A stretch of 64,000 bases of DNA, taken from Alphaproteobacteria bacterium (GTDB lineage Bacteria; Pseudomonadota; Alphaproteobacteria; Bin95). Numbering within the stretch: the first letter of the stretch is position 1; each line of letters opens with the position of its first letter. Location: NCBI GenBank assembly GCA_964291285.2, contig OZ219787.1:1792001-1856000 (forward strand), written 5' to 3'. The position numbers were made by a program, and so were the translations under genes. Below are positions 10,834 to 20,515 of the stretch, in pieces. Under the pieces are notes generated by a model. It was not told the DNA's origin and searched no databases. It saw only the letters and a program-made list of their open reading frames with translations.

Positions 10834-11596
10834 CGAGACCTTCCGGCGCCTGGTCGCGGCCGTTGTCCTGATGCCGGCTGCGATTCTGGCGGTATGGGCC
10901 GGGACGCCGTTTTGGGAAGCCTTATTGTTCGCCGGTGCGCTGATCGCCGGGCGCGAGTGGGTTGCGATGGCCGAGCCGGAGGCGGCGAGGGCGGTTGCGG
11001 CGATACCCGCGGCCGCCACGGCTCCTGCCCTGTTTTCGGCGCCGGCAGTCTTGCAGGCGGCGGTTGCGCTCGGGGCAGCCCTTGCGACCGGTTTGCTGCT
11101 CAAGCGGAAGGCGCTGGGGGCGGGGGTCCTCTATATCGCGCTTCCGGTCATGTGCCTCATCGCCCTCAGGAGCCCGGAATTCGGCGGTCTGGAACTCGTT
11201 GTCTGGCTGTTCGCCGTTATCTGGGCAGGGGACATTGCCGCCTGGTGGACAGGACGCAGGGTCGGCGGCCCGAAGCTGGCTCCGTCCTGGAGTCCCGGCA
11301 AGACCTGGAGCGGCCTTGTCGGAGGGCTTGCCGCTGCCGGTGTCGCCGGCGCTGCGGCTGGCGCCGCTTTTGATGCGCCTGGAGGCGCGGGCGGCGGCTT
11401 CGCAGCCGGCGTGTTCGTTGGAGGAGCAGGAGCAGCCGGCGACCTGTTCGAAAGCGCCTGCAAACGCCGGTTCGGCGTCAAGGACAGCGGCCGCCTGATA
11501 CCCGGACATGGTGGGCTGCTGGACCGTGTCGACGCTCTTTTGGCGGGAGCTGCCGCCGTGATGCTGCTCACGGTTTGCGGATGGCGATGGACATGA
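10814..11596 (+). CDS. cdsA: Phosphatidate cytidylyltransferase
   Basis: SPGKTWSG, GDLFESACKRRFGVKDSGRLIPGHGGLLDRVD. Confidence 0.96.
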   Translation: MAPALPDETFRRLVAAVVLMPAAILAVWAGTPFWEALLFAGALIAGREWVAMAEPEAARAVAAIPAAATAPALFSAPAVLQAAVALGAALATGLLLKRKALGAGVLYIALPVMCLIALRSPEFGGLELVVWLFAVIWAGDIAAWWTGRRVGGPKLAPSWSPGKTWSGLVGGLAAAGVAGAAAGAAFDAPGGAGGGFAAGVFVGGAGAAGDLFESACKRRFGVKDSGRLIPGHGGLLDRVDALLAGAAAVMLLTVCGWRWT

Positions 11597-12783
11597 CGGC
11601 GAAGCGGGTGGCGATACTGGGTGCAACCGGTTCGGTAGGCGCAAATACGCTTTCTGTCATCGGTGAACATCGGGAGCGCTTCCGGGTCGTCGCCCTGGCG
11701 GCGGGAAGGAACGCCGACCTTCTTGTGCAACAGGCCCGCGATTTCCGGCCCGGGTTCGTCGCCATCGCGGATCCCGGCAGCTATGCCGCGTTGAAGGCGG
11801 GGCTGGCCGGAACCGGCATCGAGACGGCGGCCGGCCCGGAAGCCGTAGTGGAAGCCGCCAGGCGCGATGCCGAATGGGTCATGGCGGCAATTGCCGGTGC
11901 GGCGGGTCTGGAATCGACGCTCGCGGCTGTCGAGCGCGGCGCCATTGTCGCTCTGGCCAACAAGGAAAGCCTGGTATGCGCGGGCGAGCTGATGATGGCG
12001 GCGGCGCGCGCCTCCGGAAGCACGATCCTGCCGGTCGATTCCGAACACAATGCGATCTTCCAGGTTTTCGATACGCAGTGCCGGGACGCGGTTCGGCGCC
12101 TGATTCTGACTGCTTCGGGCGGGCCTTTCCGGTCAGCCAGCCGGAAAGAAATGGCTGCCGTGCGTCCCGCCGAAGCCCTCAAGCACCCGAACTGGGATAT
12201 GGGCGCCAAGATAACCATCGATTCGGCGACCATGATGAACAAGGGCCTGGAGCTTATCGAAGCCCGTCATCTGTTCGCGATGTCCGGCGACGCCATAGAC
12301 ATTCTCGTCCACCCGCAATCCATCGTGCATTCCATGGTGGAATATGCCGACGGATCGGTGCTGGCGCAGCTGGGCACGCCCGACATGCGCACGCCGATAG
12401 CCGTCGCGCTTGCCTGGCCCGAACGGCTGTCGTTGACGGGTGAGCGCCTCGATCTTGCAGCGATAGGCCGTCTCGACTTCGAGCCGCCCGACCCCGAACG
12501 GTTTCCGGCCCTTGCGCTTGCCCGCCGGGCTCTGGAAAGGGGCGGCACGGAACCGGCAGCGCTCAGCGCCGCAAACGAAGTGGCGGTTGCGGCATTCCTG
12601 TCGGAACGGATCGGCTTCCTGCAGATCGCCGAGATTGCGGGCGGTACCGTCGCTGCCATGGGGTCGGGCCGGCTTGCGGGTCTGGACGATGTGCGGTCCG
12701 CCGACCGGGAGGCGCGGGAAGTGGCCGGGAGGCTGGTTGACCGGGCATCGGGCGCGAAGCTGCCCCGGGGAGGCGCCGGTTGA
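11593..12783 (+). CDS. dxr: 1-deoxy-D-xylulose-5-phosphate reductoisomerase
   Basis: ILGATGSVG, LANKESLV, PVDSEH, HPNWDMGAKITIDSATMMNKGLE. Confidence 0.98.
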   Translation: MTAKRVAILGATGSVGANTLSVIGEHRERFRVVALAAGRNADLLVQQARDFRPGFVAIADPGSYAALKAGLAGTGIETAAGPEAVVEAARRDAEWVMAAIAGAAGLESTLAAVERGAIVALANKESLVCAGELMMAAARASGSTILPVDSEHNAIFQVFDTQCRDAVRRLILTASGGPFRSASRKEMAAVRPAEALKHPNWDMGAKITIDSATMMNKGLELIEARHLFAMSGDAIDILVHPQSIVHSMVEYADGSVLAQLGTPDMRTPIAVALAWPERLSLTGERLDLAAIGRLDFEPPDPERFPALALARRALERGGTEPAALSAANEVAVAAFLSERIGFLQIAEIAGGTVAAMGSGRLAGLDDVRSADREAREVAGRLVDRASGAKLPRGGAG

Positions 12784-13883
12784 GCTTCCTCTGGGAATAT
12801 CTGGTCCCGTTTCTGGTGCTGTTGAGCGTGCTCGTGTTCGTGCACGAGTTCGGTCATTATTGGGCGGCGCGGCGATGCGGCATCAGGGTGGAAGTCTTTT
12901 CCGTCGGGTTCGGCCGCGAGCTCTGGGGCTGGACCGACCGGGCCGGAACGCGCTGGAAGGTCGCTCTTATTCCGCTTGGCGGCTATGTGCGCATGTTCGG
13001 CGAGGTGGACGGCGCACGCACGCTGACACCCGAAGAGCACGCCGTCGCGTTCGGCAACAAGTCGCTCGGTCAGCGGGCATTCGTTGTCGCGGCGGGTCCC
13101 GCGGCCAACTTTCTGTTTGCGATCATCCTTGCCGCCCTCATGTTCATGACCTACGGGCAGCGGCAAACCAGCCCCGTCGTCACCGAAGTGGTGGAGGGCA
13201 GCGCCGCCGCATCGGCTGGTGTCCGCGCCGGCGACCGGTTCGCAGAACTCGACGGCGAGACGATTGCGCGGTTCGAGGACCTGCAGCGAATTGTGCGGCT
13301 CAGTCCCGGCCGGCCGCTGGAAGCCGTCGTGATCCGCGACGGCGCGGAAACGTCGTTCACGATCACGCCGGCGGTCGAGCAACAGACCGACAGCCTCGGC
13401 AATGTGCATGAGTTCGGGCTGCTCGGTGTGCGCGGCAGGGCGACGGAGACCGTGCGCCTTGGACCCGGAGAAGCCTTGGGCGCGGCTGTCGATTACACTT
13501 GGACCATGACCGTGACCATTCTCGTCTTCGTCGGCGAGATGATCGAGGGCCGTCGTTCCACCGACGAACTCGGCGGGGTGCTGCGCATCGGCCATCTCGC
13601 GGGCGAGGTCGCGAAGATCGACTTCTCGGCCTACCTGCATTTCATGGTGTTATTGTCAATCAATCTCGGTCTCATCAACCTGTTCCCGATTCCGCTTCTG
13701 GACGGCGGGCATCTTGTCTTCTATGCAATTGAGGCCGTTCGGGGCCGTCCACTCGGACAGAAGGCTCAGGAAATCGGGTTCAGGATCGGCCTGGGTCTGG
13801 TCGTGGCATTGATGTTGTTCGTAACCTGGAATGACTTGGTGTACTTTCAGGTTGTGGCATTCTTGGAACGTGTCGTCGGATGA
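12780..13883 (+). CDS. rseP: RIP metalloprotease RseP
   Basis: HEFGH, PDZ segment, NLFPIPLLDGGH. Confidence 0.97.
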   Translation: MSFLWEYLVPFLVLLSVLVFVHEFGHYWAARRCGIRVEVFSVGFGRELWGWTDRAGTRWKVALIPLGGYVRMFGEVDGARTLTPEEHAVAFGNKSLGQRAFVVAAGPAANFLFAIILAALMFMTYGQRQTSPVVTEVVEGSAAASAGVRAGDRFAELDGETIARFEDLQRIVRLSPGRPLEAVVIRDGAETSFTITPAVEQQTDSLGNVHEFGLLGVRGRATETVRLGPGEALGAAVDYTWTMTVTILVFVGEMIEGRRSTDELGGVLRIGHLAGEVAKIDFSAYLHFMVLLSINLGLINLFPIPLLDGGHLVFYAIEAVRGRPLGQKAQEIGFRIGLGLVVALMLFVTWNDLVYFQVVAFLERVVG

Positions 13884-13903
13884 CGCCGTCGATGGGGGAT
13901 TCC

Positions 13904-16216
13904 ATGGGCAGATGGCGAGTTGCACTTGCCGCATGGGCGCTGGCCGCCGCTATGGTGCTGCCGTTGGCGGTTGCCAACGCCCAGACGGGCGGCACCGTCC
14001 GCGATATCGAGGTCGTCGGCGCGCAGCGCGTGGACGCTGAAACCGTCCGTTCCTATATGCGCCTGCAGCCGGGCGATGTCCTGGGGCCGAGAACCATCAG
14101 CGATGCCCTGAAGAGCCTCTTCGAAACCGGCTATTTCGCCGATGTCAGCATCGACATGCGCGGCGATGTCATGGTGGTGACAGTCGCCGAAAACCCGGTC
14201 GTCAACCGTATTGCGTTCGAGGGAAACAGGCGGATCGACGATGAGACGCTCGGCCCCGAAGTGCAATTGAAGCCGCGCCAGATCTTTACCCGTTCTGCGG
14301 CGGAGCGCGATGTCAGGCGCATTCTCGAAATTTACCGGCGGTCGGGCCGTTTTGCGGCGAGTGTCGAGGCCAAGATTATCGAACTTCCGCAGAACCGCGT
14401 GGACGTCGCCTTTGAGATCGACGAGGGAGAACAGACCCTCATCGAGAAGATCGTGTTCATCGGGAACAGGCAATTCAGCGACAGCGACCTGATAGGCGAG
14501 ATCAGCAGCAAGGAAGCAGCCTGGTATCGCTTTCTCTCGAATGACGATGTTTACGATCCGGACCGCGTGGCGTTCGACCGCGAACAGCTTCGCACCTTCT
14601 ACCTTTCCAACGGTTATGTCGATTTCCGGGTGGCTTCGGCAGTCGCCGAGCTGACGCCCGACCGGGACGGCTTTATCCTGACTTTCACTGTGGAGGAAGG
14701 TCCGCAATATACCTTCGGCGCAGTCTCGCTCGAAAACCGGTTGACCGACATTCCGGACTTCCGCTTGTTGTCTTTCCTCCAGCCCCGCACGGGAGAAATC
14801 TACGACAGCGAAAAGGTCCGTGAAACGGTGGACGCTCTGGTCGATGCGGTAGGCGCTTCGGGATTTGCGTTTGTCGATGTCCAGCCGCGCTCGACAATCC
14901 GCAGGGAAGAACGGGCAGTCGACCTCGTATTCCTCGTCGATGAGGGACCGAGAGTTTACGTCGAACGCATCGATGTCGAAGGGAATCTGCGTACGCTTGA
15001 TCGCGTTATCCGGCGCGAATTCGGTATCGTGGAGGGAGACGCTTTCAACAGCTCGAAAATTGCCCGGGCGACCCGCCGGATTCGGAACCTGGGGTATTTC
15101 AGAAAGGTCGATGTTTCGAACGAGCAGGGAAGCCAGCCGGACCGGACGAAAGTCAAAGTGGAAGTCGAGGAAACCTCCACCGGGGAATTCTCCGTGGGAG
15201 CCGGCTATTCCAGCGAGAGCGGCGCGCTGTTCAATGTCAGGCTTGCGGAACGCAACCTGCTCGGGAAAGGCCAGGAGCTGGCGCTGGCCGCCACGGTATC
15301 CGGGCAGCAGAACGAGATCGACCTGTCATTCACCGAACCCTATTTCCAGGACCGGCCGATCTCCGTGGGCGCGGACCTGTTCAGGATCACGCGGGAGGAC
15401 GACAACACGACGATCGACACACTGGAAACCACCGGCGGCCGCCTACGGGTCGGCTACAGACTGTCCCAAAACTGGACCCAGCGGTGGCGCTATACACTGA
15501 GCCGGCGTGTCGAGGAACAACCCGGCACCGCAAGCGAAGACTCGACCCTGTTGTCGGCGGTCGGACAGGAAGTGACGTACGACACGCGCGACAACCGGTT
15601 CAACCCGACGACCGGCAGGGTCCTGAGCATCGGCAGTGACCTGGCGGGCCTCGGGGGCGATGCGCGTTTCCTGCGCACCGATGTCAGGGCGTCGCAATAT
15701 CTCCCGGTGTCGAAACGGCCGGCCGTGACGCTGGCGCTGTCGGCGCGGCTGGGGGCCATCGCCGGCCTCGGCAAGGATGTCGAAGGGCCCGACCGCTACC
15801 ACCTCGGTGGCCGGACCTTGCGGGGCTTCGATTTCGCCGGTGTCGGCCCCAGATGCAAGACAGACAATCCTCCCCGCACGAGTTCCGACACCTTCCCGGA
15901 CTGCGTCTCTGACAACGCATTCGGCGGAAATTATCTCGCCACTGCGACAGTCGAAGCGATCTTCCCGCTCGCCCTGGCCGAGGATACGGGAATCCAGGGC
16001 CGGCTGTTTGCCGAATTCGGTACGCTCACAGGTATCGACACCGAGGTCCCGAGCGCCAGATTCATCGACGACTCCTCGATACGCGGCTCGCTCGGCTTTG
16101 GCATATCCTGGACGACGCCGCTCGGGCCGCTTCGCCTCGATTTTGCCTGGCCCGTCGTGAAGGAAGACTTCGACAAGGACGAAACGATCCTGTTCAGCAT
16201 CGGGCACCAGTTCTGA
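13904..16216 (+). CDS. bamA: Outer membrane protein assembly factor BamA
   Basis: POTRA repeats, LRGF motif, C-terminal Phe; alternative start 13880. Confidence 0.97.
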   Translation: MGRWRVALAAWALAAAMVLPLAVANAQTGGTVRDIEVVGAQRVDAETVRSYMRLQPGDVLGPRTISDALKSLFETGYFADVSIDMRGDVMVVTVAENPVVNRIAFEGNRRIDDETLGPEVQLKPRQIFTRSAAERDVRRILEIYRRSGRFAASVEAKIIELPQNRVDVAFEIDEGEQTLIEKIVFIGNRQFSDSDLIGEISSKEAAWYRFLSNDDVYDPDRVAFDREQLRTFYLSNGYVDFRVASAVAELTPDRDGFILTFTVEEGPQYTFGAVSLENRLTDIPDFRLLSFLQPRTGEIYDSEKVRETVDALVDAVGASGFAFVDVQPRSTIRREERAVDLVFLVDEGPRVYVERIDVEGNLRTLDRVIRREFGIVEGDAFNSSKIARATRRIRNLGYFRKVDVSNEQGSQPDRTKVKVEVEETSTGEFSVGAGYSSESGALFNVRLAERNLLGKGQELALAATVSGQQNEIDLSFTEPYFQDRPISVGADLFRITREDDNTTIDTLETTGGRLRVGYRLSQNWTQRWRYTLSRRVEEQPGTASEDSTLLSAVGQEVTYDTRDNRFNPTTGRVLSIGSDLAGLGGDARFLRTDVRASQYLPVSKRPAVTLALSARLGAIAGLGKDVEGPDRYHLGGRTLRGFDFAGVGPRCKTDNPPRTSSDTFPDCVSDNAFGGNYLATATVEAIFPLALAEDTGIQGRLFAEFGTLTGIDTEVPSARFIDDSSIRGSLGFGISWTTPLGPLRLDFAWPVVKEDFDKDETILFSIGHQF

Positions 16217-16752
16217 TGCGAAGACTGATAGCGGTATGGCTGCTGTGTCTCTGCACGGCGCCGGTTCTGGCCGAGGTGCCGCAATCGGTCGTCATCGTCG
16301 TCGATACCAACAGGATCATGCGCGAGGCCAGCGCGGCGGTTGAGATCGCCAGGCAGGTGGAAACTCTGGGAACGCGCTATGGAAACGATTTCAATGCCGC
16401 CGAGGCGCGCTTGCGACAGGAGGACCAGTCGCTGAAGGACCAGCGCGGCCTGCTCTCCAAGGAAGCGTACAAGGCGAGGGTGAAGGAGTTGCGCGAGCAA
16501 CTCGTGAAGCTTCGCAGTAACGCCCAGCGCCAACGGACCTTGCTGGACCGGGCGCGCGCCCAAGCGCTGCGCAAGGTCCAGCTGCAGCTGCAGGGCGTGG
16601 CGCGCGAACTGGCCGCGAAGCTCGGTGCGAATATTGTAGTGCAGAAGGCCGCCCTGGTATGGGCGGACGAGAAGGCCCTGGAGTTCACCGAGGACGTTCT
16701 GAATCGCTTGAACGAGGTCCTGCCGAGTGTAACCATTGAAGTTTCGGAGTAA
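16216..16752 (+). CDS. skp: OmpH/Skp periplasmic chaperone
   Basis: Signal peptide, VVDTNRIM, coiled coil; position directly after bamA. Confidence 0.85.
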   Translation: MRRLIAVWLLCLCTAPVLAEVPQSVVIVVDTNRIMREASAAVEIARQVETLGTRYGNDFNAAEARLRQEDQSLKDQRGLLSKEAYKARVKELREQLVKLRSNAQRQRTLLDRARAQALRKVQLQLQGVARELAAKLGANIVVQKAALVWADEKALEFTEDVLNRLNEVLPSVTIEVSE

Positions 16753-16786
16753 GCGGCAAAATTCCGGCGGCGGGCGGCGAGGGCAT

Positions 16787-17242
16787 ATGACGACTGACGA
16801 CGCCGATATCGCGGAGATCGGCGAGGTGATGGCGACGATTCCCCATCGCTATCCCTTCCTCATGATCGATCGCGTGACCGAAATCCGGCTGGGTGAAAGC
16901 GCGGTCGGCATCAAGAATGTTTCCATCAACGAGATGCATTTCCAGGGACATTTCCCGTCCAAGGCCGTCATGCCGGGCGTCCTGCTGGTCGAGGCGATGG
17001 CGCAGACGGCGGCCGTGCTCGTCGTGAAGACGATGGGCGACCATGTGCGGGGCAAGCTGGTTTATTTCATGACCATCGACAATGCGCGCTTCCGCCGGCC
17101 CGTCGTGCCGGGCGACCAGGTGCGCGTGGAAGTCGCGGTTCGCCGCCACCGCGGCGCGGTGTGGCGGTTCCGGGGCGAAGCCAAGGTCGACGGGGTCCTC
17201 GTGGCGGAGGCCGAATACAGCGCGATGATCCAGGGGTTGTAA
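16787..17242 (+). CDS. fabZ: 3-hydroxyacyl-ACP dehydratase
   Basis: IPHRYPFLMIDRV, FQGHFP, MPGVLLVEAMAQ. Confidence 0.98.
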   Translation: MTTDDADIAEIGEVMATIPHRYPFLMIDRVTEIRLGESAVGIKNVSINEMHFQGHFPSKAVMPGVLLVEAMAQTAAVLVVKTMGDHVRGKLVYFMTIDNARFRRPVVPGDQVRVEVAVRRHRGAVWRFRGEAKVDGVLVAEAEYSAMIQGL

Positions 17243-18048
17243 TGGCGCGCTCCATACACCCGAGCGCCGTCGTCGAGGAGGGAGCGACGATCGGAGAAGG
17301 CGTAGAGGTCGGGCCTTTCTGCCATGTGGGCGGAGAGGTCGAACTGGCTGAAGGCTGTATTCTCCACTCCCATGTTGCGGTGGCGGGGCGCACGGCGATT
17401 GGCCCGCGCACCACGATCTTTCCTTTCGCTTCGGTCGGGCACCAGCCGCAGGACCTGAAATATGCGGGCGAGCCCTCGGTGCTGGAAATCGGCGCGGACA
17501 ACATCATCCGCGAACACGTCACCCTGAACCCGGGCACGAAAGGCGGCGGCATGCGCACCGTCGTCGGAGACCGGAACCTGTTCATGATGGGCGCGCATGT
17601 GGCGCATGATTGCCGCGTGGGCAACGGATGCGTGCTGGCGAACAACGCCACGCTCGGCGGGCATGTGGTCCTGGAGGACGGGGCCATTGTTGGCGGCCTC
17701 GCAGCCGTTCACCAGTTCGTCCGCATCGGCCCCTATGCGATGATCGGCGGCCTGTCCGCCGTCGTGCAGGACGTCATTCCCTACGGCATGGTATTCGGCG
17801 ACCGCGCGACGCTGCGGGGCCTCAACTGGATTGGCCTGAAGCGCGCGGGAACCGACCGCGAGACCCTGTCGCGGCTCCGAAGGGCGTTCCGGCAACTGTT
17901 TGACGGCGAGGGCCCGATAGGCGAGCGGCTCGACGCCGTTTCGGCGGAACATGGAGCCGATCCCATGGTTCGCCGCATAGTCGAGTTCATGGGCGCCGAA
18001 TCGGACCGCGGCCTCTGCTTGCCGGAAAGTTCCGGGGATGCAGCCTAA
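17242..18048 (+). CDS. lpxA: UDP-N-acetylglucosamine O-acyltransferase
   Basis: Hexapeptide repeats, PQDLKY, HVAHDC, HQFVRIG. Confidence 0.97.
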   Translation: MARSIHPSAVVEEGATIGEGVEVGPFCHVGGEVELAEGCILHSHVAVAGRTAIGPRTTIFPFASVGHQPQDLKYAGEPSVLEIGADNIIREHVTLNPGTKGGGMRTVVGDRNLFMMGAHVAHDCRVGNGCVLANNATLGGHVVLEDGAIVGGLAAVHQFVRIGPYAMIGGLSAVVQDVIPYGMVFGDRATLRGLNWIGLKRAGTDRETLSRLRRAFRQLFDGEGPIGERLDAVSAEHGADPMVRRIVEFMGAESDRGLCLPESSGDAA

Positions 18049-18874
18049 GCTGGCGATTGTCGCCGGCGGCGGATCGCTGCCGCTTGCACTGGCCGAAGCC
18101 TGCCGCACATGCGGACGGCCCTATTTCCTGCTCGGGCTGGACGGATTTGCGGAACCGGACCGGCTTGAAGATCATCCGCACCGCTGGGGCCGGATCGGCG
18201 CCGTGGGACGGGTCATCGCGACGGTCCGCGAAGAAGGGGCGGCGGAGGTGGTGTTCGCCGGGCATGTCCGGCGCCCGTCGCTGGCGTCGCTCAGGCCCGA
18301 CCTCTTCACGGTTCGCCTGCTTGCCCGGGTCGGCGCGAAGGCGCTTGGCGATGACGGGCTGATGCGCCATGTGGTGAAGGCGTTCGAAGCCGAGGGGCTT
18401 CGTGTGGTCGAGGTGTCGTCCATCCTGGCCGACACACTGGCCCTGCCGGGCCCGCTCGGCGCCCTGGCGCCGGACGAAACCGCGCTGGAGGATATCCGCC
18501 GCGGCCTGGAAGTGGCCGAGGCGCTTGGACGCGCCGACGCCGGCCAGGCGGTGGTCGTGCAGCAGGGAATCGTGCTGGCGATAGAAGCGGCGGAAGGCAC
18601 CGACCGGATGATCGCGCGCGCCTCCCGCCTCAGGCGGGAAGGGCCGGGCGGGGTGTTGGTCAAGGTCGCGAAACCCCAGCAGGACCGGCGCATGGACCTG
18701 CCGGTGATCGGCCCGGACACGGTCGAGGCCGCCGCCGCTGCCGGGCTGCGGGGGATCGCGGTCGAGGCCGGCGGCGTGCTGGTCCTGGACCGGGAGGCGG
18801 CGATCCGGCGCGCCGACGAAAAGGGATTGTTCGTCACCGGCGCGGAGCCCGGTGCCGGAACTCCGCGCCGGTAG
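18038..18874 (+). CDS. lpxI: UDP-2,3-diacylglucosamine diphosphatase LpxI
   Basis: IVAGGGSLP, GQAVVV, EAAEGTD, KPQQDRRMDLPVIG. Confidence 0.95.
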   Translation: MQPKLAIVAGGGSLPLALAEACRTCGRPYFLLGLDGFAEPDRLEDHPHRWGRIGAVGRVIATVREEGAAEVVFAGHVRRPSLASLRPDLFTVRLLARVGAKALGDDGLMRHVVKAFEAEGLRVVEVSSILADTLALPGPLGALAPDETALEDIRRGLEVAEALGRADAGQAVVVQQGIVLAIEAAEGTDRMIARASRLRREGPGGVLVKVAKPQQDRRMDLPVIGPDTVEAAAAAGLRGIAVEAGGVLVLDREAAIRRADEKGLFVTGAEPGAGTPRR

Positions 18875-18884
18875 GCCTGACGCC

Positions 18885-19271
18885 TCAGGCGGGCGTGAAG
18901 CAGGGCACCTTCTGGCCGCCTTCCGCTTCGACGAAGACCAGCCTGACCTTCATGCCCACGGCCAGGCTGTCGAAGTCGCAATCGACGAAATTCGTCATCA
19001 CGGTGATGCCTTCGTCCAGCCGCACATAGCCGATGGCGTATTGGGGATCGGACCGGCGCATGATCGAATAGGTGTAGATCTCGCCGGTTCCCGCCGCCTC
19101 TACCGTCTCGACATTGCCGGAGAGCGTGAACGGGCTGATCTTGCGCGGATACCAGAAGAACTGTCCGGTATCGCCGCAGCGCGGCAGCATCAGCCTGCCT
19201 TCGTTGCACGCCTCCCAGAAGTCCTGGTGCTCGACATTGGCCGGCGGCGCCGGAATCTTGCGGGCGCTCAT
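18885..19271 (-). CDS. Zn-ribbon/OB-fold (DUF35-type) protein, thiolase partner
   Basis: FWEAC...GEIYTYS...VRLDEG; ATGA overlap with the thiolase stop. Confidence 0.88.
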   Translation of the reverse strand: MSARKIPAPPANVEHQDFWEACNEGRLMLPRCGDTGQFFWYPRKISPFTLSGNVETVEAAGTGEIYTYSIMRRSDPQYAIGYVRLDEGITVMTNFVDCDFDSLAVGMKVRLVFVEAEGGQKVPCFTPA

Positions 19272-20446
19272 GCGTCGGCCCTCCCGAGAATCGTTGTCGA
19301 ACTGCCCATGCGGGTGCCGAGGGAGCCGCCGGTGCCATGGGCGAGCGCGAGCCGGCAATCCTTCACCTGGACGGCGGGATGAGCCTCGTCGCGCAATTGG
19401 CGCACGGCCTCAAGCACCTTGGTGAGCCCGCCGCGGTTCATCGGGTGGTTGTTGCAGAGGCCGCCGCCGTCGGTGTTGAAAGGCAGCTTGCCGGTGCCCG
19501 CGATCAGGTTGCCGTCCGAGACGAAGGCGCCGCCCTTGCCCTTCTCGCAGAAGCCCAGGTCCTCGATGGTTTCCAGCACCGTGATGGTGAAGCTGTCATA
19601 GATGGACGCATAGTCGATGTCGCCCGGCGCGACGCCGGCTTCCTCGAACGCCTGGGCGCCCGACCAGCGCGCGCCGGTATAGGTCAGGTCCACCTGGCCG
19701 GACATCAGGTTCTTCGGCGCTTCGCCGCAGCCGAGCACCTTGACGCAGTCGCGCTTGAGCGAGGCCGCGACCTCGGGCGCCACCACCACGAACGCGCCGC
19801 CGCCGTCGGAGATCACGCAGCAGTCGAGCCGGTGCAGCGGGTCCGAGATCATCGGCGAGTTGACCACCTCGTCCACCGTCACGACCTTGCGCAGCATGGC
19901 GTGCTCATTGTGCTGGGCGTGGTGCGAGGCGGCCACCTTGATCCAGGCGAGCTGCTCGCTGGTGGTGCCGAATTCGTGCATGTGCCGGCGCGCGGCCATG
20001 CCGTACATGTTCACCACGGTGGGTCCGTAGATGAACTCGAACGGCACGTCGGGCGAAGCGTCGCCGTAATTGCGGGGCGCCGTGCCGGTCGCCATGCCTT
20101 CGGAGCGCGGCCGCCCGGCGAGCGTGATAAGCGCTACCTTGCATTTGCCCGCCGCTATCGCCTGGGCGGCGTGGCCGACATGGAGGACATAGGACGAGCC
20201 GCCGACATCGGTGGCGTCCATGTGCCGGACGTTCCTGAGGCCCATGTATTCGATCATCGACAGCGGGCCGAGGCCCGGCGCGTCGCCTGCGCAGTAGTAG
20301 GCGTCGACGTCTTCGATCGACAGGCCGGCGTCATCGAGCGCGCCCCTGGCGCTCTCGGCGTGGAGTTGGGCGACCGACGTATCGACCGCCTTGCGGGTCG
20401 GATGCTCGTAGATGCCCGCAATAAAGGCTTTGCCCCTTGTGTGCAT
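19268..20446 (-). CDS. SCP-x type thiolase-domain protein
   Basis: DCCVISDGGGA, IYDSFTITV, NTDGGGL, AHGTGG. Confidence 0.92.
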   Translation of the reverse strand: MHTRGKAFIAGIYEHPTRKAVDTSVAQLHAESARGALDDAGLSIEDVDAYYCAGDAPGLGPLSMIEYMGLRNVRHMDATDVGGSSYVLHVGHAAQAIAAGKCKVALITLAGRPRSEGMATGTAPRNYGDASPDVPFEFIYGPTVVNMYGMAARRHMHEFGTTSEQLAWIKVAASHHAQHNEHAMLRKVVTVDEVVNSPMISDPLHRLDCCVISDGGGAFVVVAPEVAASLKRDCVKVLGCGEAPKNLMSGQVDLTYTGARWSGAQAFEEAGVAPGDIDYASIYDSFTITVLETIEDLGFCEKGKGGAFVSDGNLIAGTGKLPFNTDGGGLCNNHPMNRGGLTKVLEAVRQLRDEAHPAVQVKDCRLALAHGTGGSLGTRMGSSTTILGRADA

Positions 20447-20515
20447 GCGTGGTTCCATTGTTGACGGAGCGGAATCGGGTGACAGCCCGCAGCCTATTCC
20501 GCCGCGCGCCGGCCC

